DNA of 63,978 nt, counting the filler, from Phoronis australis (taxonomy: Eukaryota; Animalia; Phoronida), in the NCBI GenBank assembly GCA_002633005.1. It is 8 parts of 8 records of this genome, joined end to end, with 100 filler letters (N's around TTAATTAATTAA, not from the genome) between each part and the next. Parts side by side here need not be neighbours in the genome. Positions count along the whole stretch, not along the records: positions 12,858 to 34,601 come from NMRA01000388.1; 7 more parts are not named here. One strand, given 5' to 3'. Under the pieces are notes generated by a model. It was not told where the DNA came from, made no database searches, and saw nothing but the letters and a program-made list of their open reading frames with translations. Below, piece after piece: positions 12,858 to 26,700 of the stretch (positions within the stretch are counted from its first letter, which is position 1; each line of letters opens with the position of its first letter). A program made the translations under genes and the position numbers.

Positions 12858-15800
12858 TTCCATTTTTCTCTACGATGTCTACTTTTTGAGTTATTTGAGA
12901 TTTACTGATAACGCTGTTCCTTTGTTGAACGCTCTTGCTGCATTCAGGTTGGTTTAGCTTCAATTGAACTAGACTGCAGCCTATTTCTTAATGATTTATG
13001 ACATCTAAATTCGTCATATGAATGTTGTGATGTTGTTCATCATCGCCACCAACATCATCATATTCGTCATCATCGTCATCATCTTCGTCATCATCTCCGT
13101 CTTTTCCTTAATTTCGCCAAGTGTCGCTCAAGACTAGCCTTTTTCTTACTGATTTCGGACTCCTACGTTCGTCATGTGTATGTTATTAACTTCTTTTGTT
13201 CATCCTCACCACCATCTTCGTCATATTCGTCATCTTCGTCATCATCTTTATCGTCATCTTTTTGGTTAATTTCGCCAAGGTTCGCTCCTCGTAGCGCTTT
13301 CATTACTTGGCGAAATAAATTTCGCCAAGTATATTGCTCTGACACTATGTTTGTTTTTTTTTTGTTTTTTTTTTTTGTTTGTTCGCACGATACAGGTCGC
13401 AATTTTCGTTTGATCAACACGAAATTTACACATAACACGTACTTCCGGAAGTACTGGAAGCCTATTGTTTTTGGTCAAAATCGGATCCAAGATGGCGGCT
13501 GTGGCGGCCATTTTGTTTCCATTTAAAGGTTCAAATGCTTATGGAGGCTACAATTTTTTACGTAAAAGGCTAAGAATCGGCACAGTAAATGGACCGGAAG
13601 TTTGCTACAAGTATGCCAGAAATTGTTTACTTCCGGTTAAAGATGGCGGAAATATCGGCGATCGCGCATGCGCACCTCGATTTAAGCCTAAAAACGTTTT
13701 CTCCTGTAGAGGGCGCATTATCAGACCAATTCCTTTGAATTTTTACAGGTATTAGTTTCTTATGATATGCTATTATACAAAACCAAAAAACCGGAAGTTG
13801 CTTTCAAGATGGCGGATCTGGCGCATGTTGACCCATTTTCAGTCGTGCTGGAGTGCGATTTTAAACGGGATGAGAAAGAGACGTGATTTTTTGCATGTGG
13901 ATTCTTTGAAGTATGTTCTTTCAAATGGCCTGTAACAATTTTTTTCTCAGACTTACCGTTTTCGAGTTATTTGACTTTGAATTTCTTAAAAAAACCGCAA
14001 AATTTCATTTTTTTCGAAAAATTTACGGAATTAGGCGATACCATCAGTTTAGATAGAATTTTGAACGGGCTTTCAGAAGATGGTTTCCATTTTTCGCTAG
14101 GACGTCTACTTTTTGAGTTATTAGAGATTATGTGATAACGCTGCTCCTTTGTTGAGCGCTCTTGCTGCATTCAGGTTGGTTTAGCTTCTATTGAACTAGA
14201 CTGTAGCCTATTTCTTAATGATTTATGACATCTAAATTCGTCATATGAATGTTATGATGTTCTTCATCATGGCCACCACCATCATCATATTCGTCATCTT
14301 CGTCATCATTTCCGACGTCGTCTTTTCTTCAGATAATTTCGCCAAGTATCTCTCAAGACTGTAGCCTATTTCTTAGTGATTTCTGACCTCTACGTTCATT
14401 ATATGAATGATATCATACCTAGGGTTGTCCATTATCGCCACCATCGTCGTCATAGCTGTCTTCTTCGTCATCATCTCTGTCGTCGTCCTTTCTCGCCCTC
14501 TCGAACGTGTTTTTTTTTGGTTAATTTCGCCAAGTTTCGCTCCTCAGAGCGCTTTCATGTTGTTTGTTACCCCAACAGCATTAAAAATTGGTTGTTCGCA
14601 CGATACAGGTCGCAATTTTCGTCCGATCATCACGAAATTTACACATAACACGTACTTCCGGAAGTACTGGAAGCCTATTGTTTTTCGTCAAAATCGGATT
14701 CAAGATGGCGGCTGTGGCGGCCATTTTGTTTCCATTTAAAGGTTCAAATGCTTCTGGAGGCTACAATTTTTTACGTACAGAGCTGAAAATCGGAACAAGA
14801 AGTGGACTGGTTGTGCGCTACATGTATACCGGAAATTGTTTACTTCCGGTTTAAGATGGCGGATATATCAGTGATCGCGCATGCGCACCTCGATTTTGGA
14901 CTAATAACGTTTCCTCCTGTACAGGGCGCATTATGGGGCCAATTCCTTCGAAGTTTTACGGATATTAGTTTTTTGTGACATGCTATTATATCAACCCAAG
15001 AAACCGGAAGTTGCTTTCAAGATGGCGGATCCGGCGCATGTTGACCCATTTTCAGTCGTGCTGGAGTGCGATTTTAAACGGGAAAAGAAAAAGACTTGAT
15101 TTTTTGCATGTAGATTCTTTGAAGTATTATCTTTCAAATGGCCTCTAACAATTTTTTTCTCAGACTTACCGTTTTCGAGTTATTTGAGTTTGAATTTCTT
15201 AAAAAAAACGCAAAATTTCATTTTTTTCGAAAAATTTACGGAATTAGGCGATACCATCACTTTAGATAGAACTTTGAACGGGCTTTCAGAGGATGCTTTC
15301 CATTTTTCTCTACGACGTCTACGTTTTGAGTTATTTGAGATTTTCTGATAACGCTGTTCCTTTGTTGAGCGCTCTTGCTGCATTCAGGTTGGTTTAGCTT
15401 CAATTGAACTAGACTGCAGCCTATTTCTTAATGATTTATGACATCTAAATTCGTCATATGAATGTTGTGATGTTGTTCATCATCGCCACCAACATCATCA
15501 TATTCGTCATCATCGTCATCATCTTCGTCATCATCTCCGTCTTTTCCTTAATTTCGCGAAGTGTCGCTCAAGACAAGCCTTTTTCTTACTGATTTCGGAC
15601 TCCTACGTTCCTCATGTGTATGTTATTAACTTCTTTTGTTCATCCTCGCCACCATCTTCGTCATATTAGTCATCTTCGTCATCATCTTTATCGTCATCTT
15701 TTTGGTTAATTTCGCCAAGGTTCGCTCCTCGGAGCGCTTTCATTTTGTTTGTTCGCTCTCTACAGGTCGCAATTCTGGTCCGATTTTTACGAAATTTGCA

Positions 15801-18800
15801 CACAACATGTAGATCGTGAATCACTGAAAAGTTATTGTTTTTGGTCATGATCGGATACAAAATGGCGGACGTGGCGGCCATTTTGTATCCGATTTCTCAG
15901 TCAAAAACTCGTAGAGGCCGCATTTTTCGACCTACATGGCTGAAAATCGGTACCAATATATTAGAACGCATGTGCTACAAATGTGCAGAAAATCGTTGAC
16001 TTCTGGTTAAAGATGGCGGAAATATTGAACGTGGCGCATGCGCACCCGAAATATGGCTAAAAACGTTTTCTCCTGTAGAGGGCGCAATTGCAAACCAATC
16101 ACTTTCAAACTGGTCACGTGTTTGTTGAGTTTAATAAGCTTTTATAAAAAATTATTGAACCGGAAGTCACCTTCCATATGGCGGCTGTGGGGCATGTTCA
16201 CACGGTTTCAATCGCTCTGATGTCGCATTTTTTATGGGAAGAGCAAATGACGTGAATTTTTGCATGTGGATTCCTTGAAGTATGGCCTTTCAAAAAGCCT
16301 GCGAGAGCGTATTTCTCAGACTTACCGTTTTCGAGTTATTTGACTTTGAATTTCAAAAAAAAAAACGGCAAATTTTCAATTTTCTCGAAAAATTTTTGAA
16401 TTTTTGCCAAACTACCACTTTAGATAGAGACTTGAAAGGGCTTTCAGAAGATATTTTCCATTTTACGCTACGACGTCTACTTTTTGAATTAATCGAGATT
16501 TTCGGATACCGTTGTTCCTTCGGTCACGTATGCACGCAGCTGACTGGCTTTCAGTTCACTTTGTTTTGGTTATGTCTGCACAAGTTAACAGAGAGTTGTG
16601 ACCCAGACTGACCAAGCCAGCACTTTCCTTTTGCAAAGCATGCCTCGTCTGTAATGTTGCGCCATCTATTGTTCTTTATTGTAGTTGATTGTTTGCTCTG
16701 TCAAAGTACGTAGAGTTGTGGACGGGCTTTCAGAAGATATTTTACATTTTGCGCTACATCGTCTACTTTTGAATTATTCGAGATTTTCGGATACCGTTGT
16801 TCCTTCGGTCACACGCAGCTGGCTGGCTTTCAGCCCACTTTGTTTTGGTTATGCCTAGTTGACCCAGACTAACCCAGCCAGCACTGTCCTACTGCAGAAT
16901 GGACCGTCATGTTGCGCCATCTATTGTTCTTTATTGTAGTTGATTGTATGCTCTCTGTTTGATTTCTTCGCTAGTCACATGAATGTTATCGTGTTTGCCA
17001 AACTACCACTTTAGCTAGAGATTTGAACGGGCTTTCATCCTTTAATGTAGTTGACTGTATGCTCTCATTTTTGAATTTTTGCCAAACTACCACTTTAGAT
17101 AGAGATTTGAACGGGCTTTCAGATGATATTTTCCATTTTGCGCTACGACGTCTACTTTTCGAATTATTCGAGATTTTCTGATACCGTTGTTCCTATGCAA
17201 GCGCGCAGGTGGCTGGCTTTCAGTCCACTTTGTTTTGGTTATGCCTAGTTGACCCAGAGTGACCCAGCCAGCATTGTCCTACTGTGGCTGAATAGCGCTC
17301 TGTAGACTGTACAATTTCAGGCCAAATACTTATTGTAAACATGACTTTGCTTTGCAGACTGTCACATTGCGCCACCTATTTTAGAATGTGGGAAAAGACA
17401 TGGCCCGTCCGCCATGTTGCGCCATCTATTGTTCTTTATTGTAGTTGATTGTATGCTCTCTATTTGATTTCTTCGCTAGTCACATGAATGTTATGGTGTT
17501 TGCCAAACTACCACTTTAGATGAAGTTTCGAACGTCAATTTGATTTCTTCGCTAGTCATATGTATGATATCGTGTTCATCGTCTTTTCGATTAATTCCGC
17601 CAAGTGTCGCTCCTCCGAGTGCTCTCGTTTTTTTGTTTGTTCGCACGATACAGGTCGCAATTTGTGTCCGATCATCACGAAATTTACACACAACACGTAC
17701 TTCCGGAAGTACTGGAAGCTTTTTGTTTTTCGTCAAAATCGGATCCAAGATGGCGGCTGTGGCGTCCGTTTTGTTTCCATTTAAAGGTTCAAATGCTTCT
17801 GGAGGCTACAATTTTTTACGTAAAAGGCTAAGAATCGGCACAGTAAATAGACCGGAAGTTTGCTACAAACATACCGGAAATTGTTTACTTCCTGCTAAAG
17901 ATGGCGGAAATATCGGCGATCGCGCATGCGCACCTCGATTTTGGCCTACAAACGTTTTCTCCTCTAGAGGGCGCATTATCAAACCAATTCCTTCGAATTT
18001 TTACAGCTATTAGTTTCTTATAACATGCTATTATACTCAGCCGAAAAACCGGAAGTTACTTTCAAGATGACGGATCTGGTGCATGTTGACCCATTTTCAG
18101 TCGTCTGGGGTGCGATTTTAAACAGGAAGAGAAAAAGATGTGATTTTTTGCATGTAGATTCTTTGATGTATAATCTTTCAAATGGTTTCAAGCAATTTTT
18201 TCTCAGACTTACCGTTTTCGAGTTATTTGACTTTGAATTTCTTAAAAAAAACGCAAAATTTCATTTTTTTTCGAAAAATTTACGGAATTAGGAGATACCA
18301 TCAGTTTAGATAGAATTTTGAACGGGCTTTCAGAAGATGTTTTCCATTTTTCGCTAGGACGTCTACTTTTCGAGTTATTTGAGATTTTCTGATAACGCTG
18401 TTCCTTTGTTGAGCGCTCTTGCTGCATTGATGTTGGTTTATCTTCTTTTGAACTAGACTGTAGCCCATTTCTTATTGATTTATGACATTTAAGTTCATCA
18501 TATGAATGTTGAGATGTTGTTCATCATCGCCACCACCATCATCATATTCGTCATCATCTTCGTCATCATCTCCGTCGTTCTCTTTTCCGTTAATTTCGCC
18601 AAGTGTTGCTCAAGACTGTAGCCTTTTTCTTACTGATTTCGGACTTCTACGTTCGTCATGTGTATGTTATTATTACTTCTTTTGTTCATCCTCGCCACCA
18701 TCGTCGTCATATTCGTCATCTTCGTCATCATCTTTATCGTCATCTTTTTGGTTAATTTCGCCAAGGTTCGCTCCTCGGAGTGCTTTCATTAATTCTTTTG

Positions 18801-20290
18801 TTCATTTTTTACTTTGCGGAATTCTTCCGCCAAGTATGTTGGTCTGACAGCAAGTTTTTTTTTTCTTTTTTTGTTTGTTCGCACTCTACAGGTCGCAATT
18901 TTTGTCCGATTTTCACGAAATTTTCACACGACGTGTAAATCTGAAAGTCCTAGAAGCGTATTGTTTTTGGTCATGATCGGATACAAAATGGCGGACGTGG
19001 CGGCCATTTTGTATCCGATTTCACAGTCAAATACTCGTAGAGGCCGCATTTATCGACCTACATTGCTGAAAATCGGTTCGAATACACTAGAACGCATGTG
19101 CTACAATTGTGCAGAAAATCGTCAACGTTCAAATAAAGATAACGGAAATATTGGACGTGGCGCATGCGCACCCCGAAATATGACTAAAAACGTTTTCTCC
19201 TGTAGAAGGCGCATTTGCAAACCAATCACTTTCAAACTGGTCAAGTGTTTGTTGAGTTTAATAAGCTTTTATAAAAAATTATTGAACCGGAAGTCACTTT
19301 CAAGATGGCGGCTGTGGCGCATGTTCACACGATTTCAATCGCTCTGGTGTCACATTTTTAACGGGAAGAGTAAATGACGTGAATTTTTGCATGTGGATTC
19401 CTTGAAGTATGGCCTTTCAAAAAGTCTGCGAGAGCGTATTTCTCAGAATTACCGTTTTCGAGTTATTTGACTTTGAATTTCAAAAAAACGGCAAATTTTC
19501 AATTTTCTCGAAAAATTTTTGGATTTTTGCCAAACTACCACTTAAGATAGAATTTTGAACGGGCTTTCAGAAGATATTTTCCATTTTGCGCTACAACATC
19601 TACTTTTGAATTATTCGAGATTTTCGGATACCGTTGTTCGGCTTTCAGTTCACTTTGTTTTGGTTATGTCTGTACATGTTAACAGAGAGTTGTGACCCCG
19701 ACTGACCCTACTAGCACTGTCGTACTGTAGACTGGAATTCCAGGCCAAATACTAATGTAAACATAACTTTGCTCTGCAGACTGTCACATAGTGCCACCTA
19801 TTTTGGATTGTGGGAACAAAGCATGGCTCGTCCGTCATGTTGCGCCATCTATTGTTCTTTATTGCAGTTGATTGTATGGTCTGTCAAATTAGGTACATTT
19901 TGCGCTACGACGTCTACTTTGTCATGTTGCGCCATCTATTGTTCTTTATTGTAGTTGATTGTATGCTCTCAATTTGATTTCTTCGCTATTCACATGAATG
20001 TTATCGTGATATTCATAATTGCCGCCTTGATCAGCTTTATAAAAGTTTGTTTAACCCGACGTTACTTTCAAGATGGCGGCTCTGTCTTCTTTTCATTCAT
20101 TTTCAATCGTTCTGGTAACACATTTTTAACGGAAAGAGCAAATGACGTGACTTTTTGCATGTGGATTCATTGACGTATGTTCTTTCAAACGTTCTGCTAT
20201 AAAGTTTTTCTCCCACTTACCGTTATTTGACTTTGAATTGTAAAACAAAAACGCAAAATTTCAATTTTTTCGAAACAATTCTTCGTTTAA
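12858..20290. repeat. Complex tandem array of ~1.2 kb units (subfamilies A and B), resembling Helentron-associated non-autonomous elements (HINE/DINE-like)
   Basis: Core ttgttcgc...tacaggtcgcaatt starts at ~13379 (A), 14592 (A), 15749 (B), 17637 (A) and 18875 (B). Units have (TCA/TCG)n tracts and ~150-165 bp internal subrepeats. The left edge runs into a gap. The HINE assignment is inference. Confidence 0.85.
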
Positions 20291-21682
20291 CGAATAATTA
20301 ATGTGTTGGCGGTTTCCAGAATTCATGTGCTATTGTTTGCTTCCAAGGATTTTCCATTTTTGTATTAGATTTGTTATTTCGAATTATTCGGAATTTTAGG
20401 ATGACGCTGCTGCTTTGTCGACATTCACATACAATTTCAAGTTCCACAAGTCTATCTTTTTCCGTCATGATCACATTCAATTCAGATTCATGTGGGCTGC
20501 AATTTTGTACCAACGCGGTTGACGATCTGTGAAGACAAAAGAAAGTTTATAGTTTTTTCTTTTGCGCATGAATGATCTAATCGATTTACTGATTATTTTT
20601 TTGATTCAAAACTACCAGAAAATCCTTCAAGCTGGGTGATGTTTCACATCTGTTGGAGATGAGCGTGATTTGGTGGCGATCATGATTACTCAATACAATT
20701 ATACCGGACAATCGTATCCATGGGTGCAGTTTCAAAAAATAAGGAAGAGGTCGATTTGAAGAAAAAAGGAGAGCAATAAGTTTAAGGCATCACACCTGGA
20801 AGATGCTGTTTGTACCTTTTTTGGTACATTACACCCTGATCATGGTCCATCTGTGACGTTAGCTACGACGTGGTTTGTTGACACATAAAAGTTGGTACAG
20901 GAAGTCGTTGTAAGCACTGTGGTGATGGCATACTGCAAATGTGTGCGAGAAATGCCTCATGTCACAAAAAATGTTTCCGTTTCTATCATATTTTGTTGTT
21001 ACAACTAAATTGTGTTAACTCGCAACTTGTGTTTTGTCGTCATGATCAGATTCCATTCAGATTCATATACGTCCCTGTTTTGTACATACGCTATTGAGAA
21101 CTGTGAAGACAATAGAAAAAAGAAAATAAATAGTAAGTAATATTTTTATTAGATAGATTCAACTATATTAATACACAGCAACGTAAAATAAGATGCAAAC
21201 ATTACATAGATAACATATCATCGTCTCATAGTGAAAGTGGCAAAGGTAGGAACATACATGTTCATCTACTAGGCGAAGGAATTAGAAGGATGAATCCATC
21301 AGTGGTGATAGTATACCTCAAACATATTGAACTTTTCTTCCTCAGTCCTTTCTTATATTCTTGTCTGCTCGCACTTATAAAAATCAGGGTTTTCTAGACA
21401 CGCAGTATAACCTTTGGTATTAAAAATAATCAGGAAAGATTTGCTCAACTATTTGAATGGAACAGAGTAATTGCCCAAAGCCAAAACTGTCAATTCGCAA
21501 GTTGACTCGCATGCTGGTGTATAAAATGCGCATTTTCTACGTGGTGCAACTCACAAGGTTCGGTAATTTGACCATAGGTCAGATAAAGTTTGACGGAGTG
21601 ATGTTTCATGGACTTTGCTAAATAGTTCCGTTTGGCATTACTCATCTGGAGTCGTCTCAAAACTGCACACTTGAATCCCAAT

Positions 21683-22260
21683 AAACAGTGAGTGCCAGAA
21701 TAACGAATTTCTGGAGCGTTCGCTTAATATTTCTCTGATTATCTTCAACGGAGCCGGGCATCGACAAAGGCTTGCTGTAGGTGTACATATATTGTAGCTT
21801 TAGTGTTTTCGATTGACGTACTCAGAATCTAATAAACACTTTTGCGTTTGTCCATATAACGCGAACACCCGGTTGAACAGTGGGTGCCAAAATAACGAAT
21901 TTCTGGAGCGTTCGTTTAATATTTCTCTGATTATCTTCTGAACGGAGCCGGGCATCGACAAAAGCTTCCTGTAGGTGTCCATATATTGTAGCTTTAGTGT
22001 CTTCGATTGACGTACCCAGAATCTAATAAACACTTTTGCGTTTGTCCATATAACGCGAACACCCGGTTGAACAGTGGGTGCCAAAATAACGAATTTCTGG
22101 AGCGTTCGTTTAATATTTCTCTGATTATCTTCAACGGAGCCGGCATCGACAAAGGCTTCCTGTAGGTGTCCATATATTGCAGCTTTAGTGTTTTCGATTG
22201 ACGTACCCAGAATCTAATAAACACTTTTGCGTTTGTCCATTTAACGCGAACACCCGGTTT
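21683..22260. repeat. Tandem repeat, ~3 x 193 bp, with a degenerate tail to ~22380
   Basis: aacagtgRgtgccaRaataacgaatttctggagcgttcg at ~21684, 21877 and 22071. Confidence 0.92.
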
Positions 22261-23629
22261 TAGATCATGCCATTATTTCAAAAGGCTTTCTGTAGAAGTC
22301 CTAAATGCTCCCTGTAGGTGTCCATATCCTGTACGTGCACTCTTGTGGGTTGACGTAGGTAGAATGTGAGGCACATTTTTGCACTTTAAAATCAGCGGGA
22401 GAAAAGATGCACTATATGTCGTTAAAACAGGACTTTTAAATCCATCATGTTTCCTCAGTATCGTAATTACCAAGCTTTGGAGTAGCACCACGCATACAAA
22501 TACAAAATTACACTTGAAAAATCGGTTGACAAGATCGTTGGAATACGTTTTTGTATACAACCAAATAACAGTATAACGCACTTCAAGTAGAATTCAACAA
22601 AGATATATCATAGTACATATTTTAACATTAACACAGGATTCATGCCTTTATAATGGTCGTTTGAAGTACAATTTAGCGATGCGTTATTATACAAACATTT
22701 GTAACTTTCGTACTCTATAACCAAATATTAGAGTTACTACAAACACTATAACAACAAAACTGTGTCAGTCATGTATTCCTAAACTTTATCTACATTTTTT
22801 TATCTAATTCATCCAACTTAAAAATATAAGTAATGATCCATAGAACAATTCAAAGTCTATACAACTGATGTAGGTTTAACATAGTTAAAATGGCAAAAAA
22901 CAAATGCTGTATCACACAAAGTTGACCATGGTAACAAGCATAACGAAGAAATTCTAAAACAACAAATGCTATATCTGGCAAAATGTTCCACAGAATACTT
23001 GCAGAAACATTTTAGGAGACTTCTTCAAAAATGTGTTGTAGCATTGACTGATCTATGGCTTATGTACGAAGAAATTAACTTTGTTCCAAGTATCCTATAT
23101 GGGTGGCGTAGCACTGACAAAAAGGGGGGTGGGGCTAAAGCCCCCTCAGTCCCCCTGTGCTGCACCGCCTATAGACCATGTGTGCCGTAGCTCTGAAACA
23201 AGTGGGGGGAGCTACAGCCCCCATTGGTGTGTTGTCCATGTCTCAGTAAATAATACAATAATTCCCACTCCTCCAAGGCTCCCTGTAGGTCCCATTACAG
23301 TACACAAATCATTTTCTTTGTAAACTTGACCACACTTTGCAAACTTAAAATTTTCCCTAACATATATACCATCCATATTCAAAAAAAAAACTTTTACACA
23401 CTCGAGTTTGGTCACATTTGCAAAGAAAAGGTTCTGTTAGTTTAGACAGACTTGTACTTTTACAATTCTCCCTCCCCCAAAAATATCCTCGATTTTATTA
23501 CTCCCAAAAGAAGTGAGCATTTGCCAAAGCAATCAGCAAATAATAGAGTATTAAATTTAGTGCTGCATGCAAGCTTCACAGTCTGCTGAAAATTCATAAC
23601 AATTAGTACTTCAGTAATTAAATCTTTTG

Positions 23630-26600
23630 CAATCTAATGAAAAAATATACAAAAATTTAATTGAAAGAACAAGAAATTTTTATCTACTTACTTCCATTTA
23701 GTACTGACCATAATTTAATTTCGTGGCCAGATAATAATAATAATAATAATAATAATAGTAACGATAAATTAAATAGAAATGACGTGACTTTGGCAGATTT
23801 GCAATATGCTAGCTCATAAATATCCAATTAAGAGTTAATAGTAGACAGTGTAGGATAAAAGTATGTAATTCCTCATGTTTATATAGAAAATATGCTGAAA
23901 TGTAACAGCAAGAACATTTAATGGTGCACTGCTTTAGATTAGTCCATCCTTGCTGATGTGTCATCATGAAGTGTGGTATCTGCAATATAAAACAGATTTC
24001 AATATTCCGAGTCACATCGTGTGTCATACTTTGTGCCATATCTTATTTCAAACACTGTATTATATCTTGTGTAATATCTGATGTCATAATGTCTATCGTA
24101 TCTAGTCTTGTAATCTATGTTAGCTTTATCACATTTTGCGACATATCCTATTCTATACATTGTATGAAATGACATTTGCTTGTATGTTTTCATTTAACAT
24201 GTCACCCTGTGTAATATACTGTGTCATATTTCAGGAACAACTATAACATCTTGATGATAACATGCCCAATTTTCTTTCATTATATCTTATGCCATACCCT
24301 CTATTATATCTAGTATCATATTCTGTACTATGCCTGTCACTTACATGATAACAGTTCATTACATTGCATCATGATCACAAATAGACATCACGTATTACGG
24401 AATGCATCTCTTCACTAAAAATTGTTTCCCTGATGAAGCCTAATGACCAAAAATATACAGAAATGTTTATCCAAATAACAAAAAAATTATCTACACACTT
24501 TCATTTGGTACTGACCACGATTTCATTTCTTGGCAAGATAACAATAATATGGAATGCAATGTTTCATATACCCTGTCATATCTCAGAACATCCTGTATCA
24601 TTACATGCCCAATCTTCTTTCATTATATCTTATGCTATACCCTCTAATATATCTCGTACTATGCCTGTCATTTACATGACGAGAGTTCGTGACATTGCAT
24701 CATGATCACAATAATAGACATCCTGTATTACGGAATGTACCTCTTCATTGTAATGTTTCCCTGATGAAGCCTAGTGACCACAAATATACAAAAATGTTTA
24801 TCCAAATAACAAAAAAATATGTACATACTTCCATTTGGTACTGACCACACTTTCATTTCATTGCCAGATAATAATAATAATAATAATAGTAATGATAAAT
24901 TAAATAGAAATGACGTCACTTTGGCAGGTTTGCAATATGCTAGCTCATAAATATTCAATTTAGAGTTAATAGTAGACAGTGCAGAATAAATGTATGTAAT
25001 TCCTTATGCTTATTTAGAAAACGTGCTGAAAAGTAACAAAAAGAACAATTAAAGGTGCACTGCTTTAGATTAGTCCATCCTTGCTGATGTGTTATCTTGA
25101 AGTGAGGAATCTTCAATATAAAACAGATTTCAATATTCCGAGTCACATCGTATGTCATACTTTGTGCCATATCTTATTTCAAACACTATCATATCTTGTG
25201 TAATATCTAATGTCGTAATGTCTATCGTATCTAGTCTTGTAATCTATGTTAGCTTTATCACATTTTGCGACATATCCTATTCTATACATTGTATGAAATG
25301 ACATTTGCTTGTATGATATCATTTAACATGTCACCCTGTGTAAAATACTGTGTCATATTTCAGGAACAACTATAACATCTTGATGATAACATGCCCAATT
25401 TTCTTTCATTATATCTTATGCCATACCCTCTATTATATCTAGTATCATATTCTGTACTATGCCTGTCACTTACATGATAACAGTTCATTACATTGCATCA
25501 TGATCACAAATAGACATCACGTATTACGGAATGCATCTCTTCACTGAAAATTGTTCCCCTGATGAAGCCTAATGACCAAAAATATACAGAAATGTTTATC
25601 CAAATAACAAAAAAAAATATCTACATACTTTCATTTGGTACTGACCACAATTTCATTTCCTGACATGATAATAATAATATGGAATGCAATGTTTCATATA
25701 AACTCTCATGTCTCAGAACATCCTTTATCATTACATGCCAAATCTTCTTTCATTATATCTTACGCCACACCCTCTAATATATCTAGTATCATATTCTGTA
25801 CTATGCCTGTCACATGATGACAGTTCTTGACATTGCATCATGATCACAATAATAGACATCACGTATTACTGAATGCATCTCTTCACTGTAACATGTTTCC
25901 CTGATGAAGCCTAATGACCAAAAATATACAAAAATGTTTATCCAAATAACAAAAAAAATTATGTACATACTTCCATTGGTATTGACTATAATTGCTTTTC
26001 TTGGTGAGATAATAATAATAATAAATTAACTAGAAGTGACGTGGCTTTAGCAGGTTTCCAATATGATAGCTCATAAATATTCAATTAGGAGTTAACAGTA
26101 GACAGTGCAGGATAAAAATATGTAATTCCTCATGCTTATATGGAAAACGTGCTATAATTTAAAACCAAGAACATTTAATAGTGTACTGCTTTAGATTAGC
26201 CCATCCTTGCTGATTTACCACCATGAAATGAGTAATCTGCAACATAAAACATCTTTTAATATTCTGAGTCACATCTTATGTCATACCTTGTGCCATATCT
26301 CATTTCAAACACTTTATCATATCTTGTGTAATATCTGATGTCATAATGTCTATAGTATCCAGTCTTGTAATCTATGTTAGCTTTATCACATTCTGCGACA
26401 TATCCTATTCTATACATTGCATGAAATGACATTATTTCTATATGATATCATTCATCATGTCATCCTGTGTCATATACCGTGTCATATCTCAGGAACAACT
26501 ATAACAACCTGTATCGTAACATGCCCAATCTTCTTTCATTATATCTCATGCCATACCCTGTAATACCTCCAGTGTCATACTCTGTACTATGCCTGTCACT

Positions 26601-26700
26601 TACATAGGAACTGTCCATAACAAGGCATCGTGATCAGAATAATAGACATCACGTATTATTGTAAGTACCTTTTCACCGTAAAATGTTTCCCGGTTAAAGT
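23630..26700. repeat. Higher-order tandem repeat (~1.13 kb = ~800 + ~335 bp subunits) at the Helentron 3' end
   Basis: The marker ttccctgatgaagcc recurs at ~24425, 24755, 25555 and 25895, with a homologue at ~26685 inside the ORF end. Confidence 0.9.

Noticed and set aside
13172-20173. Many 60-187 aa ORFs, including poly-Ser and poly-Asp ones
   Set aside because: They are translations of the tandem array and (TCA/TCG)n tracts. Frames are not conserved between units.
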